Below, piece after piece: positions 18,395 through 27,129 of a stretch of DNA of 64,000 nucleotides. The position numbers were made by a program, and so were the translations under genes. Each line of letters starts with the position of its first letter. The stretch's first letter is position 1. Source of the DNA: Candidatus Pyrohabitans jungbluthii (GTDB lineage: Archaea > Hydrothermarchaeota > Hydrothermarchaeia > Hydrothermarchaeales > BMS3B); contig MTMD02000001.1 of NCBI GenBank assembly GCA_002010065.2, forward strand, positions 77,692 through 141,691, read 5' to 3'. The notes below the pieces were generated by a model that ran no database searches, was not told where the DNA came from, and worked only from the letters and a program-made list of their open reading frames with translations.

Positions 18395-18625
18395 ATGGAG
18401 CATTTGTGCGCAGGCAAGAGCATAAATCTGGATTTAACCTTCTGTCCACCAGCGGCAGTGGTTACGTCCAGCTTGAAAAAGGCTGAAAGTGGAGAAGTTT
18501 TGCTTGTAAAGGCATCAAGGTGTCAGGTTGAAATGGTGGAAGCGATTGCAGAGCGGCTTGGTGCAGAGATAATCCAGAAGGAAAAGAAGGGCTCTGCCAC
18601 AGAACTATGGATAATTAAGAAGTAG
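18395..18625 (+). CDS. TusA-like protein (FCPP variant), copy 1
   Basis: DLTFCPPAAVVTSSLKKAESGEVLLV...ELWIIKK. GGTGA upstream. Confidence 0.7.
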   Translation: MEHLCAGKSINLDLTFCPPAAVVTSSLKKAESGEVLLVKASRCQVEMVEAIAERLGAEIIQKEKKGSATELWIIKK

Positions 18626-18822
18626 CTGCGGTTCTGCTATCAAGCGCACAACTTATAAGTATTTTTGTTTTGTCATCTATAAAATATATGTATCTTAAGA
18701 TAAATTCTTGTGTTTAGACTTCGTATTTATTTAAATAAAAAAGGCCCCCTTATAAATTTTAACGGCGATTTAATCAGGTTTATAGAAAATCTTATAAGCA
18801 CGCGTCTGAATTATAGTGGTGC

Positions 18823-20040
18823 ATGGGAAAGATAAACCTCTTTTACATAGCGAGGCGCAACCTCAAGCGGAAGTGGTTTAGAAGCCTCGCGCTGATTTTA
18901 GCTGTGACAATCGCATCAGGTGCTTTATTTGCCAGTGTTTTGATGATGGAAAGCGTTGGGAGAGGTGCTGAGATAAGTACAAGCATGCTCGGCGCAGATG
19001 TCATGGTCGTACCTGTGGGCTATGAAGCCCAGGCGAGAGCATCTCTGCTTGCAGGCGAGCCAAACAAGTTTTACATGTCGCGAAGCGTTGAGGATGAAGT
19101 CAAAAAGGTGCCGGGAGTGGCGCAGACCTCTGTTCAGGTCTTCGCCGAGACCGCCGCATTTCCGTGCTGTGGGTTTACAAAAAGCTTCCTCATAGGCTTC
19201 GATCCTGAGACAGATTTCACTGTGATGAAGTGGGTGGGTGAGTCGCTTGACCGCCCCTTTGGTAAGGACGACGCAATTCTCGGGTTTTCCCTGGCTGCAC
19301 TACCCGGATTCAAAACCTATGTGCACGGTCACGAGCTGACTGTGTGGGGCAAGCTCAGGCAGAGCGGCATAAAATACTTCGACAACTCTCTTTTTGTGCC
19401 TATAGAGACCCTCTACAACATAGCTGAGGAGAGCAAGAAGAGGGATGAGGTAGCACCTCTGGAAATAGAGAGAGGGCAGATTTCCGTTGTGCTGGTTAAG
19501 GCAGAGGAGGGCGTATCTCCAGACGTGCTGGAGGTCAGGATAGAGGGGCGCGTTCCCGGGGTGATCGCCATACCCATGCCCCGCGTGCTTCATACCGTAA
19601 GAGCACAGATGGCAACCCTATTCGGCAGTCTTACCATTCTCGTTGCCGTGCTGTGGGTTGCGAATACGCTCATGGTTGGGGCGATATTCACAACCATAGT
19701 GAGTGAGCGCAGAAAGGAGCTGGGAATACTCCGCGCTATCGGAGCGAACCGCAGACATGTGTTTAGACTGATTCTCGCAGAAGCTGCTTTCCTCACAGCC
19801 CTTGGTGGGCTTCTGGGCATTGCCGCAGGGGGTGCCCTCTTCTATGCCTACAAGGGCATAGTAACCAGCTCCTTCTCAGCACTTAAGATACCATACATCT
19901 GGCCCACAGCCGCGCACGTAGCCGCGATTTCCATTTTCACCCTTATCTCTGCCCTTGCCATGGGAATAATAGGTGCGCTTTATCCGGCTTACACCTCTGC
20001 GAAGCTCGACCCATACAACGCCATAAGGACGGGTGAGTGA
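18823..20040 (+). CDS. MacB/FtsX-type ABC permease
   Basis: ARRNLKRK, LGADVMVVP, ERRKELGILRAIGA, LYPA...LDP. Extracytoplasmic FPCC. Confidence 0.92.
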   Translation: MGKINLFYIARRNLKRKWFRSLALILAVTIASGALFASVLMMESVGRGAEISTSMLGADVMVVPVGYEAQARASLLAGEPNKFYMSRSVEDEVKKVPGVAQTSVQVFAETAAFPCCGFTKSFLIGFDPETDFTVMKWVGESLDRPFGKDDAILGFSLAALPGFKTYVHGHELTVWGKLRQSGIKYFDNSLFVPIETLYNIAEESKKRDEVAPLEIERGQISVVLVKAEEGVSPDVLEVRIEGRVPGVIAIPMPRVLHTVRAQMATLFGSLTILVAVLWVANTLMVGAIFTTIVSERRKELGILRAIGANRRHVFRLILAEAAFLTALGGLLGIAAGGALFYAYKGIVTSSFSALKIPYIWPTAAHVAAISIFTLISALAMGIIGALYPAYTSAKLDPYNAIRTGE

Positions 20041-20724
20041 ATGATTATAAAGACAGAGCACCTCTGCAAAACCTACAAGATAGGAGACCAGGTGATAGAG
20101 GCGGTTAAGGGAGTGGATATTGAAATTGAGCGCGGGAAGTTTGTGAGCATTGTGGGGCACTCAGGCAGCGGGAAGACCACTCTGCTCTCGCTGATAGGGG
20201 GGCTTACGAGACCAACCCACGGTAAGGTGTACATAGATGGCATAAATATATGGAATCTGAGCGACGAGAAGCTATCTGAGCTGAGGAATAAGAAGATAGG
20301 GTTTATGTTCCAGTTTTCGAGTCTAATTCCAACACTCAACGCCATAGAGAATGTGATGTTACCAGTAGCCTTTGGAAAAGGTGCAAGCGGAGACGTGGAG
20401 AAGCGAGCAAAGGAGCTTTTGGAGCTTGTGGGGCTTGGGCACAGGATGCGCAACGTACCCTCGCAGCTCAGCGGCGGAGAGCAGCGCCGCGTTGCGATTG
20501 CGCGTGCCTTAATCAACGACCCAGATATAATACTGGCGGACGAGCCCACTGGCGACCTTGACCGAGAAACCGAAGAGGAGGTTATGGAACTCTTTCTGAA
20601 GATAAACCGCGACTTCGGCAAGACCTTTGTGATGGTTACTCACAATCCCGAGCTTGCCAAGCGAACCGACATAACCCTTAGAATGGAAAACGGCAGCATA
20701 ATTGCGAGAGAAGAGCATGGGTAA
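20041..20724 (+). CDS. LolD/MacB-type ABC ATP-binding protein
   Basis: GHSGSGKT, LSGGEQRRVAIARAL, ILADEPTGDLD, VTH. Confidence 0.96.
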   Translation: MIIKTEHLCKTYKIGDQVIEAVKGVDIEIERGKFVSIVGHSGSGKTTLLSLIGGLTRPTHGKVYIDGINIWNLSDEKLSELRNKKIGFMFQFSSLIPTLNAIENVMLPVAFGKGASGDVEKRAKELLELVGLGHRMRNVPSQLSGGEQRRVAIARALINDPDIILADEPTGDLDRETEEEVMELFLKINRDFGKTFVMVTHNPELAKRTDITLRMENGSIIAREEHG

Positions 20725-21931
20725 GCCGAGCGTAGCCAGGCTGGCCTTTAAAAATTTAAAGCGCAAGCGTTTTAGGGCAATTACACTGATACTTGCCATA
20801 GCAATAGCCACAGCCTCCCTCTTTTCCAGCATTATTATCCTCAGGAGCGTGGAGCAAGGTTTAGAAAGTGCTGTTGCCCGCCTTGGCGCGGATCTGGTGG
20901 TGGTCCCGGAGGGCTACGAGAAGAAGGCAAGCGAGGTTCTGCTGGGAGGCGAACCCTCGACGTTCTACATGGATTCGAGCATTGTGGGAGAGATTAGGAA
21001 AGTGCCTGGCGTCGCAAAGGCATCGCCGCAGATATTTCTGCAGACTTCCTCTTACCTAATATGCTGCGAGGTCATGGAGACGCTCTTCATCGCCTATGAG
21101 CCCGAAACCGATTTTACGGTAACACCCTGGATAGAGTCCAAGCTTCCTTATATTCCCGAGGAATATGTGGTAACCGGGGGAGGAATACCTGTTTATGAGA
21201 ACTTCTCCATGTACATCTACGGCCACTGGTATGTGGTGTATGCAAGGCTCCATAAAACAGGACTGCGCTACTTCGACTCCACTATTTTTATCCCCATGGA
21301 CCTCGCGTATTCCCTTGCTCAGGAGAGCCAACGCAATCCGCGGGTGGCGAACCTCACACTGAAGCTGGGTAAGATCTCTGCGGTACTGGTGCAGGTTAGC
21401 GGTGGCAACGCAACTCAGGTTGCCAGGCAAATTGAAGAGCGCGTGCCGGGAACGAGTGTTGTTATGAGCAGCTCCATGGCGTCAAATGCAAAAACGCAGG
21501 CGGTCTCACTTTTCTCCTCGCTAATAGCTATATCCGCTCTGCTGTGGTTCGCCAACCTCCTGATGATTTCAGCCACTTTCGCAACTATAGCGGGAGAGCG
21601 CCGCCGTGAGTTTGGTCTGCTTCGCGCCATAGGTGCAAAGAGGAGCGATGTGATGAAGCTGATGCTCTATGAGGCAAGTTTCCTCGCCACCATAGGTGCC
21701 ACCCTGGGGCTAACCATCGGCACCGCTATATTCTTTGCTTTCAGGGAGGAGGTTACCAAGTCCTTCGAAAAGCTCCTTATCCCATTTTTCTGGCCCAATC
21801 TGGATACGCTACTCGTCACCGCTGTGGTAGCATTCGCCTCCGCGGTGGTCATGGCTTTTCTGGGCACCTTTTATCCCGCGCTTAGCGCGGCAAAGGAAGA
21901 GCCATACGCAGCTATTCGATACGGGGAGTAA
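20717..21931 (+). CDS. MacB/FtsX-type ABC permease (paralog)
   Basis: Paralog of 18823..20040. LGADLVVVPEG, ICC, ERRREFGLLRAIGA. Confidence 0.92.
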   Translation: MGKPSVARLAFKNLKRKRFRAITLILAIAIATASLFSSIIILRSVEQGLESAVARLGADLVVVPEGYEKKASEVLLGGEPSTFYMDSSIVGEIRKVPGVAKASPQIFLQTSSYLICCEVMETLFIAYEPETDFTVTPWIESKLPYIPEEYVVTGGGIPVYENFSMYIYGHWYVVYARLHKTGLRYFDSTIFIPMDLAYSLAQESQRNPRVANLTLKLGKISAVLVQVSGGNATQVARQIEERVPGTSVVMSSSMASNAKTQAVSLFSSLIAISALLWFANLLMISATFATIAGERRREFGLLRAIGAKRSDVMKLMLYEASFLATIGATLGLTIGTAIFFAFREEVTKSFEKLLIPFFWPNLDTLLVTAVVAFASAVVMAFLGTFYPALSAAKEEPYAAIRYGE

Positions 21932-22141
21932 TGATATTAAACCCCGCGTTCACCCGTGGCTACCTATGCTTTATACTCTAAATATACTCTAAATTTATAA
22001 ATTTTTTATATACCGTCTCACGCACCAGAATTATATATCAAGAAAAAAATACTTATAAATCAAAACTTTTACATTAGTATTACATGCAGATTATAGGTTA
22101 ATTATCAGTTGTGCATTTTTATGAATAATCATACTATTTGG

Positions 22142-22157
22142 GAAAAACTTTATAAGT
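22142..22157 (+). promoter_or_regulatory. BRE+TATA promoter upstream of a candidate sRNA
   Basis: GAAAAAC-TTTATAAG, about 25 nt before a GC-rich hairpin. Confidence 0.55.
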
Positions 22158-22176
22158 TATTATGTAGATGTAGCAA

Positions 22177-22255
22177 TCGCCCAGGAGCTCCCATCTTCTG
22201 GCAGGCTGACCCAACGCTGCCGGAGTCTTAGGCTTTGCCCACCCTTCCTGGGCGA
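22177..22255 (+). ncRNA. Candidate structured small RNA (unassigned)
   Basis: 10-bp perfect closing stem TCGCCCAGGA/TCCTGGGCGA, inner stem TTCTGGCAG/CTGCCGGAG, promoter upstream and pyrimidine tract downstream. Confidence 0.5.
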
Positions 22256-22322
22256 CCTCCTTCTTCCTTTCAATAACCTTTTATGTAGTCCCCTTTGTGT
22301 TTCTTCATCGACTACTTTTAAC

Positions 22323-22396
22323 GCCTCGGTAGCTCAGCCTGGTAGAGCGTGTGCTTGGTAAGCACAAGGCCGCGGGTTCAAACCCCGCCCGAGGCT
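22323..22396 (+). tRNA. tRNA-Thr(GGU)
   Basis: Acceptor GCCTCGG/CCGAGGC, anticodon arm TGTGC-TTGGTAA-GCACA, GGTTCAAA T-loop. No intron and no encoded CCA. Confidence 0.97.
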
Positions 22397-22511
22397 TTCT
22401 TTACCAAAATTATAAGCCCCACATTGTTTGGACAATCTTTTCTTTCTTTTGACACACTTTTCCAATGCTCTCACGAAGCTCATAGATACTATATACACCT
22501 CTTATCCACCC

Positions 22512-22637
22512 ATGGCAAGCCATTACTGCATTTCCTGTGGTGCTCCTCTTGCCCAGGGAAAATATCTCTGCCAAGCCTGTGAGGCCTCGCTTCTGGAAAA
22601 ACTTTGCGAGGCGCAACGATATCGAACGAGGCAGTGA
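22512..22637 (+). CDS. Small zinc-ribbon protein (41 aa)
   Basis: MASHYCISCGAPLAQGKYLCQACE (CxxCG...CxxC). TATATA about 20 nt upstream suggests a leaderless transcript. Confidence 0.65.
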   Translation: MASHYCISCGAPLAQGKYLCQACEASLLEKLCEAQRYRTRQ

Positions 22638-22707
22638 AACAACATTCGCCTCAGCAAGTTCATGAAGCCTGAGACTGGGCTAAAAAGCTTAATATCATTA
22701 CCTACAA

Positions 22708-23766
22708 ATGGGAGATATGGACATAAAAAGAAGGGCGCTGCTTACCATTGTCGCCATGCTCGGCTCGGCACTGACTTACAAGTATCTGTACCCTCTGCGC
22801 TACTTCTTCCTCGCGCCGCGGGATGTCGAAAGGGTGGTGAGTGTGAGAACAAAGCAAAATGTTTTCACGCATAGCAACAGGTCGCTTGTCTCAGTTGTGG
22901 AGGTGGGGGACGTCAAGGAGGCGGTTGAGAATGCTGTAAAACTAATCGGCGGCTTCAAGAAGCTCAGGCTTAAAGGGAAGGAGGTGCTTGTAAAGCCAAA
23001 TGTAAACAGCGACGACCCCCATCCGGCGACCACAAACCCCGAGGTGGTGCGCGCCACTGTCGAGCTTCTGTATGAAGCGGGTGCTCGCAGAGTTGTTGTG
23101 GGAGACATGAGCGGTATATACTGGCTGCCAACTAAGCAGAGCATGGAGAAAACCGGCATAGCTAAGGCTGCTCTACAAGCTGGTGCAGAGCTTGCCTTCT
23201 TCGAGGAGGAAGAGTGGGTGGCTATGGCGCCACCGCAGGCTAACTACCTGAAGAGCTTTTCAATCCCACGCCGGGTGTACGAGGCTGAAGTATTGATTTC
23301 GCTACCTGTGATTAAGACCCATAAGTACGCGACCTACTCCATGAGTCTGAAAAACTTCGTGGGCATAATCTCCAACGCTGACAGGCGCAAACTACACACC
23401 TCTCGCTACATGGAGGAGATGATCGCAGAGATCAACCTCGCAGCAACGCCGGATTTAATAATAATGGACGGAACGCGAAGTATGGTGGCAGGAGGGCCCA
23501 CAAGCGGGAGTGTGAAGGAGACTAACGTAATTCTTGCCAGTGGGGATAGGGTGGCAATAGATGTGGTAGGGCTGAGCATAGTTAAGAGCTTCAATGAGTG
23601 GGAGCGGGTGGCTGAGATTGGGATATGGGAGCAGAGGCAGATAAAACGCGCTGTTGAGCTCGAGCTAGGAGCAAATAGCTGTGAGGATATAGAGGTTGTC
23701 AGCGCTGGCGATAGCCCGGCGTTTATGCGGCTTGTGGAGTTTATTAAGAGAGCAATAACTGAGTAG
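22708..23766 (+). CDS. DUF362 domain protein with RR-containing N-terminal anchor
   Basis: VLVKPNVN, TTNPEVV, ISLPVIKTH, SMSLKNFVG, PDLIIMDG, DRVAID. Confidence 0.88.
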   Translation: MGDMDIKRRALLTIVAMLGSALTYKYLYPLRYFFLAPRDVERVVSVRTKQNVFTHSNRSLVSVVEVGDVKEAVENAVKLIGGFKKLRLKGKEVLVKPNVNSDDPHPATTNPEVVRATVELLYEAGARRVVVGDMSGIYWLPTKQSMEKTGIAKAALQAGAELAFFEEEEWVAMAPPQANYLKSFSIPRRVYEAEVLISLPVIKTHKYATYSMSLKNFVGIISNADRRKLHTSRYMEEMIAEINLAATPDLIIMDGTRSMVAGGPTSGSVKETNVILASGDRVAIDVVGLSIVKSFNEWERVAEIGIWEQRQIKRAVELELGANSCEDIEVVSAGDSPAFMRLVEFIKRAITE

Positions 23767-23908
23767 TTTATTTTCAGGCTTCTCTGGAAACATCGCAAAG
23801 ATGGTTGCCCACTACTTGAGAGCATACGCACCAAAATTTTTATTATAAGCAGACCATATCTTATCCTCAGAAAATTGGATGTATCCCGTCCCAGAAGGGA
23901 GCCTGAAA

Positions 23909-24847
23909 ATGAATAAGATACTCGGCTGCATCTTGATTGTTGCCTCAGGCGTAGCAGCCTATGCCATAAGCAGCATATATCCTGCTCTAAACGCCCTGTT
24001 CATCGCCCTTATTTTCGGCATAGCCTTCGGGAGTATCCTCGAAAGCAAAGAGATGAAAGCCCTGGCAGAGAGGTCTCTCGTGGTAACCCTCCCTGTGGGC
24101 ATAATATTATACGGGGCAAACATAAAGTTCCCTCTTCCATGGGACTTTCCAACACAGGTTATTATCCTCACCTTCCTCTCAGCCACGCTGATGGGCACTG
24201 CCGTTTATCTATTTGCGAAGATACTTAGGGTGAGGGAGAAGCTTGCATTACTTTTAGCATGCGGTACTGCGATATGCGGCGTCTCCGCCATAGCTATACT
24301 CTCCCCAATAATCAAACCGAAAAAGGAGGAGTTCTCGGCCGCTATTATAATAATAACTGTTGTGGGGCTGACAGGGGCTCTGCTCTACCCCTTCCTGGGC
24401 TACATTTTAGGAATGAGCAGCAAGATTTACGCGTTTATGAGCGGAGCCACACTGCACCAGACTGGTTTAGTCGTGATAGCTTCAAAACCCTTTGGCAGCG
24501 GGGTTCTCCAGGACGGTCTTGCTGTGAAGGGAATACGCATAGCCATGATAGCCTTGGTGGCCCTCTTGGTCTCTTTCGTTTATGCTGAACACAGGTTCTA
24601 CATCCCGTGGTATGTGGTTATCTTCCTGCTTGTGGCTTTTCTCACCAGCTTTGTTCTTCCACATTATATTGTTAATATGCTCAAACCCTTCTCCACAATA
24701 GCCTTTTCCATAACCCTCGCATCAATAGGATTCTCTGTGAATATAAGAGATATTCAGAATATACGTTTGAGCCCACTTATCGCAGCTTATTTGGGCTGGT
24801 TCTGCGCAATAGGCATATTTATTTTTATTATGGGGTGGGTACTATGA
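23909..24847 (+). CDS. Putative sulfate exporter (YeiH/PSE) family transporter
   Basis: ALLLACGTAICGVSAI, GATLHQTG, VKGIRI. Polytopic. Confidence 0.88.
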   Translation: MNKILGCILIVASGVAAYAISSIYPALNALFIALIFGIAFGSILESKEMKALAERSLVVTLPVGIILYGANIKFPLPWDFPTQVIILTFLSATLMGTAVYLFAKILRVREKLALLLACGTAICGVSAIAILSPIIKPKKEEFSAAIIIITVVGLTGALLYPFLGYILGMSSKIYAFMSGATLHQTGLVVIASKPFGSGVLQDGLAVKGIRIAMIALVALLVSFVYAEHRFYIPWYVVIFLLVAFLTSFVLPHYIVNMLKPFSTIAFSITLASIGFSVNIRDIQNIRLSPLIAAYLGWFCAIGIFIFIMGWVL

Positions 24848-27030
24848 GGATGCCGATATTTTTTAAAATAGTCACCATCTCGCTCCTGTTTTCAATGTTA
24901 TCTCTTGGGCTCTTCACTGTCAGCTTTGCGACCCCTGGAGGGTTTACCCCAGCTTATTTCCTCTATATGGTGATAATCATCCTGGGAATCTCTCTTTTTG
25001 TCGCCGGTAGCATAACAGAGCCTCTGGAAAGGCTGAAGGTTGGCTTTGAGAGAATTATGAGAGGGGGCAACGCCCATGTGGAGATAAATACTGGAGACGA
25101 GTTTGAAGACCTCGCCCATGCGTTTAATCACATGGCGGGGGAGTTGACAAGGCAGAGGGAGATGCTGAAGAGGAGTGAGGAGAAGTACAGACTTCTAATA
25201 GAGGACATCAACGACTGGGTATTTGAGCTGGACGAAAACTGGGTTTACACCTATTCCAGCCCCAAGGTCAGGGAAATTCTGGGCTATGAGCCTGAGGAGG
25301 TTCTGGGAAAGACGCCGCTGGATTTCATGCCCGAGGAAGAGAGAGCATTAGCTATTAAAAAAATTAAAGAAATCAGAGAAAAGCAAACTTCGTTTTCGGG
25401 GCAGGAAAATGTTTTCATGAAAAAGGATGGGAGTTTTGTAGTACTGGAGACCAGCGGCAGGCCATTTTTTGATGAAAATGGAAGTTTAAAGGGTTACAGA
25501 GCTGTTAGTAGAGATATAACTGCAAGAAAGCGGGCTGAGGAGAGATTAGCCTACCTCGCAGGAATTGCTGAGCATTCTATAGATGCGATAATCTCTCTGG
25601 ACCTTGAGGGGAGGATAGTCTCCTGGAACAAGGGTGCGGAGATGATGTTTGGGTATAAAGAAGCAGAGGTAATAGGGAATCTAATGAATAGCATTGTGCC
25701 AGAAGAGCTCTGGGATTCCTGTGGGAAGAATTTTAAAAAGGCGATTATGGAGGGCTACGCCAGGGATATAGAGACCATAAGGCTCGCGAAGGATGGGAGA
25801 AGGGTGCTGGTGGACCAGACGCTTACCACAATTTACAACCCCAAGGGTGAGCTTATAGGCTTTGTTGCAATAATGCGAGATATAACCAAGCGAAAGGAGG
25901 CTGAAGAAGAGCTTAAAAGGGCGTACAGGCAACTGGAGGAGAGAACCAAAGAGTTGCTGAAATCCCAGAAGGAGCTGGAATACTTTGCAAACATCGTTGA
26001 AAATTCCAACGATGCTATCTACTCTGTAAACCTAGATGGAATTATTACCAGCTGGAATAAAACCGCTGAAAAGATGTTCGGCTGGAGAAAAAATGAAGCT
26101 ATAGGTATGCAGGCAGGCAAACTACTGCCAGATGAAATTAAGAATGAAACACCCTTCCTTATTCAGAAGGTAAAGCAGGGAGTGAAGTTCATATCCTACG
26201 AGACCAAAAGGGTGAGCAAGGACGGCGCTATAATAGATGTGGATGTGACCATCTCACCAATCTTGGACGAAAGTGGTAATCCAGCGGGATTTTCTGTGAT
26301 AGCGAGGGACATATCTTCCAAGGTTAAAGCCGAAGAAGGGATGCTCAAGAGGATTTTGAAGTACGATGTTAGCAGGGGCAGGATTTACCTGATAGAGGAG
26401 CCCTTTCCAGACCTTGCCAAAGATGTACTCCTTGACCTAGTAAAATGTGGTTATGCAGGCACAGTGATAACAAGGAGGCTCGCAGAGGAGATAGGTGTAC
26501 GTGGTGTGGTGTATTTCTGGCTCTCTGAGAAGAGAGGAAAAGATACTCTCTCACCTGAGATTTCTGAGGTGGAGTCTACGATAATGAACCTGCCAAACTG
26601 GAACAATGCCGTGCTTTTAGAGCTGGACTACCTCATCCTTAAAAATGGATTTGAGAAGGTGTTTGAATTCGTCCAGAGAATGAAAGAGGCATTTTATTTC
26701 CTGAAAAAGGGTGTGCTGCTTCTTTCATTAGACCCTGAGATTCTGACACAGAGGCAGGCAAAGCTTCTCAGGAAGGAATGTGGCATTATAAAGCCAAAGC
26801 AGCATGAACTCCCGCCTGAGGTTTTTGAGATTTTAAGGCATGTTTACATGGAGAACAGGGTAGGGAAGAAACCGTCTATTAAGGAGATTATGCAGAAGTT
26901 CAACATTGCGAGAAATACAGCCAAAAAACGCATACGGTACCTCGAAGGTAAGGAATTGGTGAATGTGGTCAGGGTGGGTAGGCTGAAGTTACTTGAGGTC
27001 ACAGAGAAGGGTAAAGAGCTATTCTATTAG
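24844..27030 (+). CDS. Membrane sensor/regulator: 2TM-HAMP-PAS-PAS-PAS-DUF835-like-wHTH
   Basis: HAMP (ITEPLERL...GDEFEDLAHAFNHM), three PAS/PAC (RDITARK, RDITKRK, RDIS), LELDYLILKNGFE, C-terminal HTH (IARNTAKKRIRYLE...VTEKGK). No kinase domain. Confidence 0.88.
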   Translation: MRMPIFFKIVTISLLFSMLSLGLFTVSFATPGGFTPAYFLYMVIIILGISLFVAGSITEPLERLKVGFERIMRGGNAHVEINTGDEFEDLAHAFNHMAGELTRQREMLKRSEEKYRLLIEDINDWVFELDENWVYTYSSPKVREILGYEPEEVLGKTPLDFMPEEERALAIKKIKEIREKQTSFSGQENVFMKKDGSFVVLETSGRPFFDENGSLKGYRAVSRDITARKRAEERLAYLAGIAEHSIDAIISLDLEGRIVSWNKGAEMMFGYKEAEVIGNLMNSIVPEELWDSCGKNFKKAIMEGYARDIETIRLAKDGRRVLVDQTLTTIYNPKGELIGFVAIMRDITKRKEAEEELKRAYRQLEERTKELLKSQKELEYFANIVENSNDAIYSVNLDGIITSWNKTAEKMFGWRKNEAIGMQAGKLLPDEIKNETPFLIQKVKQGVKFISYETKRVSKDGAIIDVDVTISPILDESGNPAGFSVIARDISSKVKAEEGMLKRILKYDVSRGRIYLIEEPFPDLAKDVLLDLVKCGYAGTVITRRLAEEIGVRGVVYFWLSEKRGKDTLSPEISEVESTIMNLPNWNNAVLLELDYLILKNGFEKVFEFVQRMKEAFYFLKKGVLLLSLDPEILTQRQAKLLRKECGIIKPKQHELPPEVFEILRHVYMENRVGKKPSIKEIMQKFNIARNTAKKRIRYLEGKELVNVVRVGRLKLLEVTEKGKELFY

Positions 27031-27041
27031 GCGCAGGTATA

Positions 27042-27077
27042 TTGAAAATATTGACACTTTTTTTGACGATATTGATA
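27042..27077. promoter_or_regulatory. Direct-repeat operator candidate TTGAnnATATTGAnA x2
   Basis: TTGAAAATATTGACA (27042) and TTGACGATATTGATA (27063), 21-bp period. Confidence 0.45.
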
Positions 27078-27129
27078 AGCAAACTGTCACCCCTAGTTTT
27101 TCTAGCGGCGCAGAAAAGGTGGGTAGGAA

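Noticed and set aside
18626-18822. AT palindromes (ACTTATAAGT, TATCTTAAGATA, TTTATTTAAATAAA)
   Set aside because: Expected by chance in very AT-rich promoter DNA, with no shared consensus.
22177-22255. c-di-GMP-I riboswitch on the minus strand (GGGCAAAGCC)
   Set aside because: Only a short word matches. The P2/P3 tetraloop-receptor architecture is absent and the promoter signals favour the + strand.
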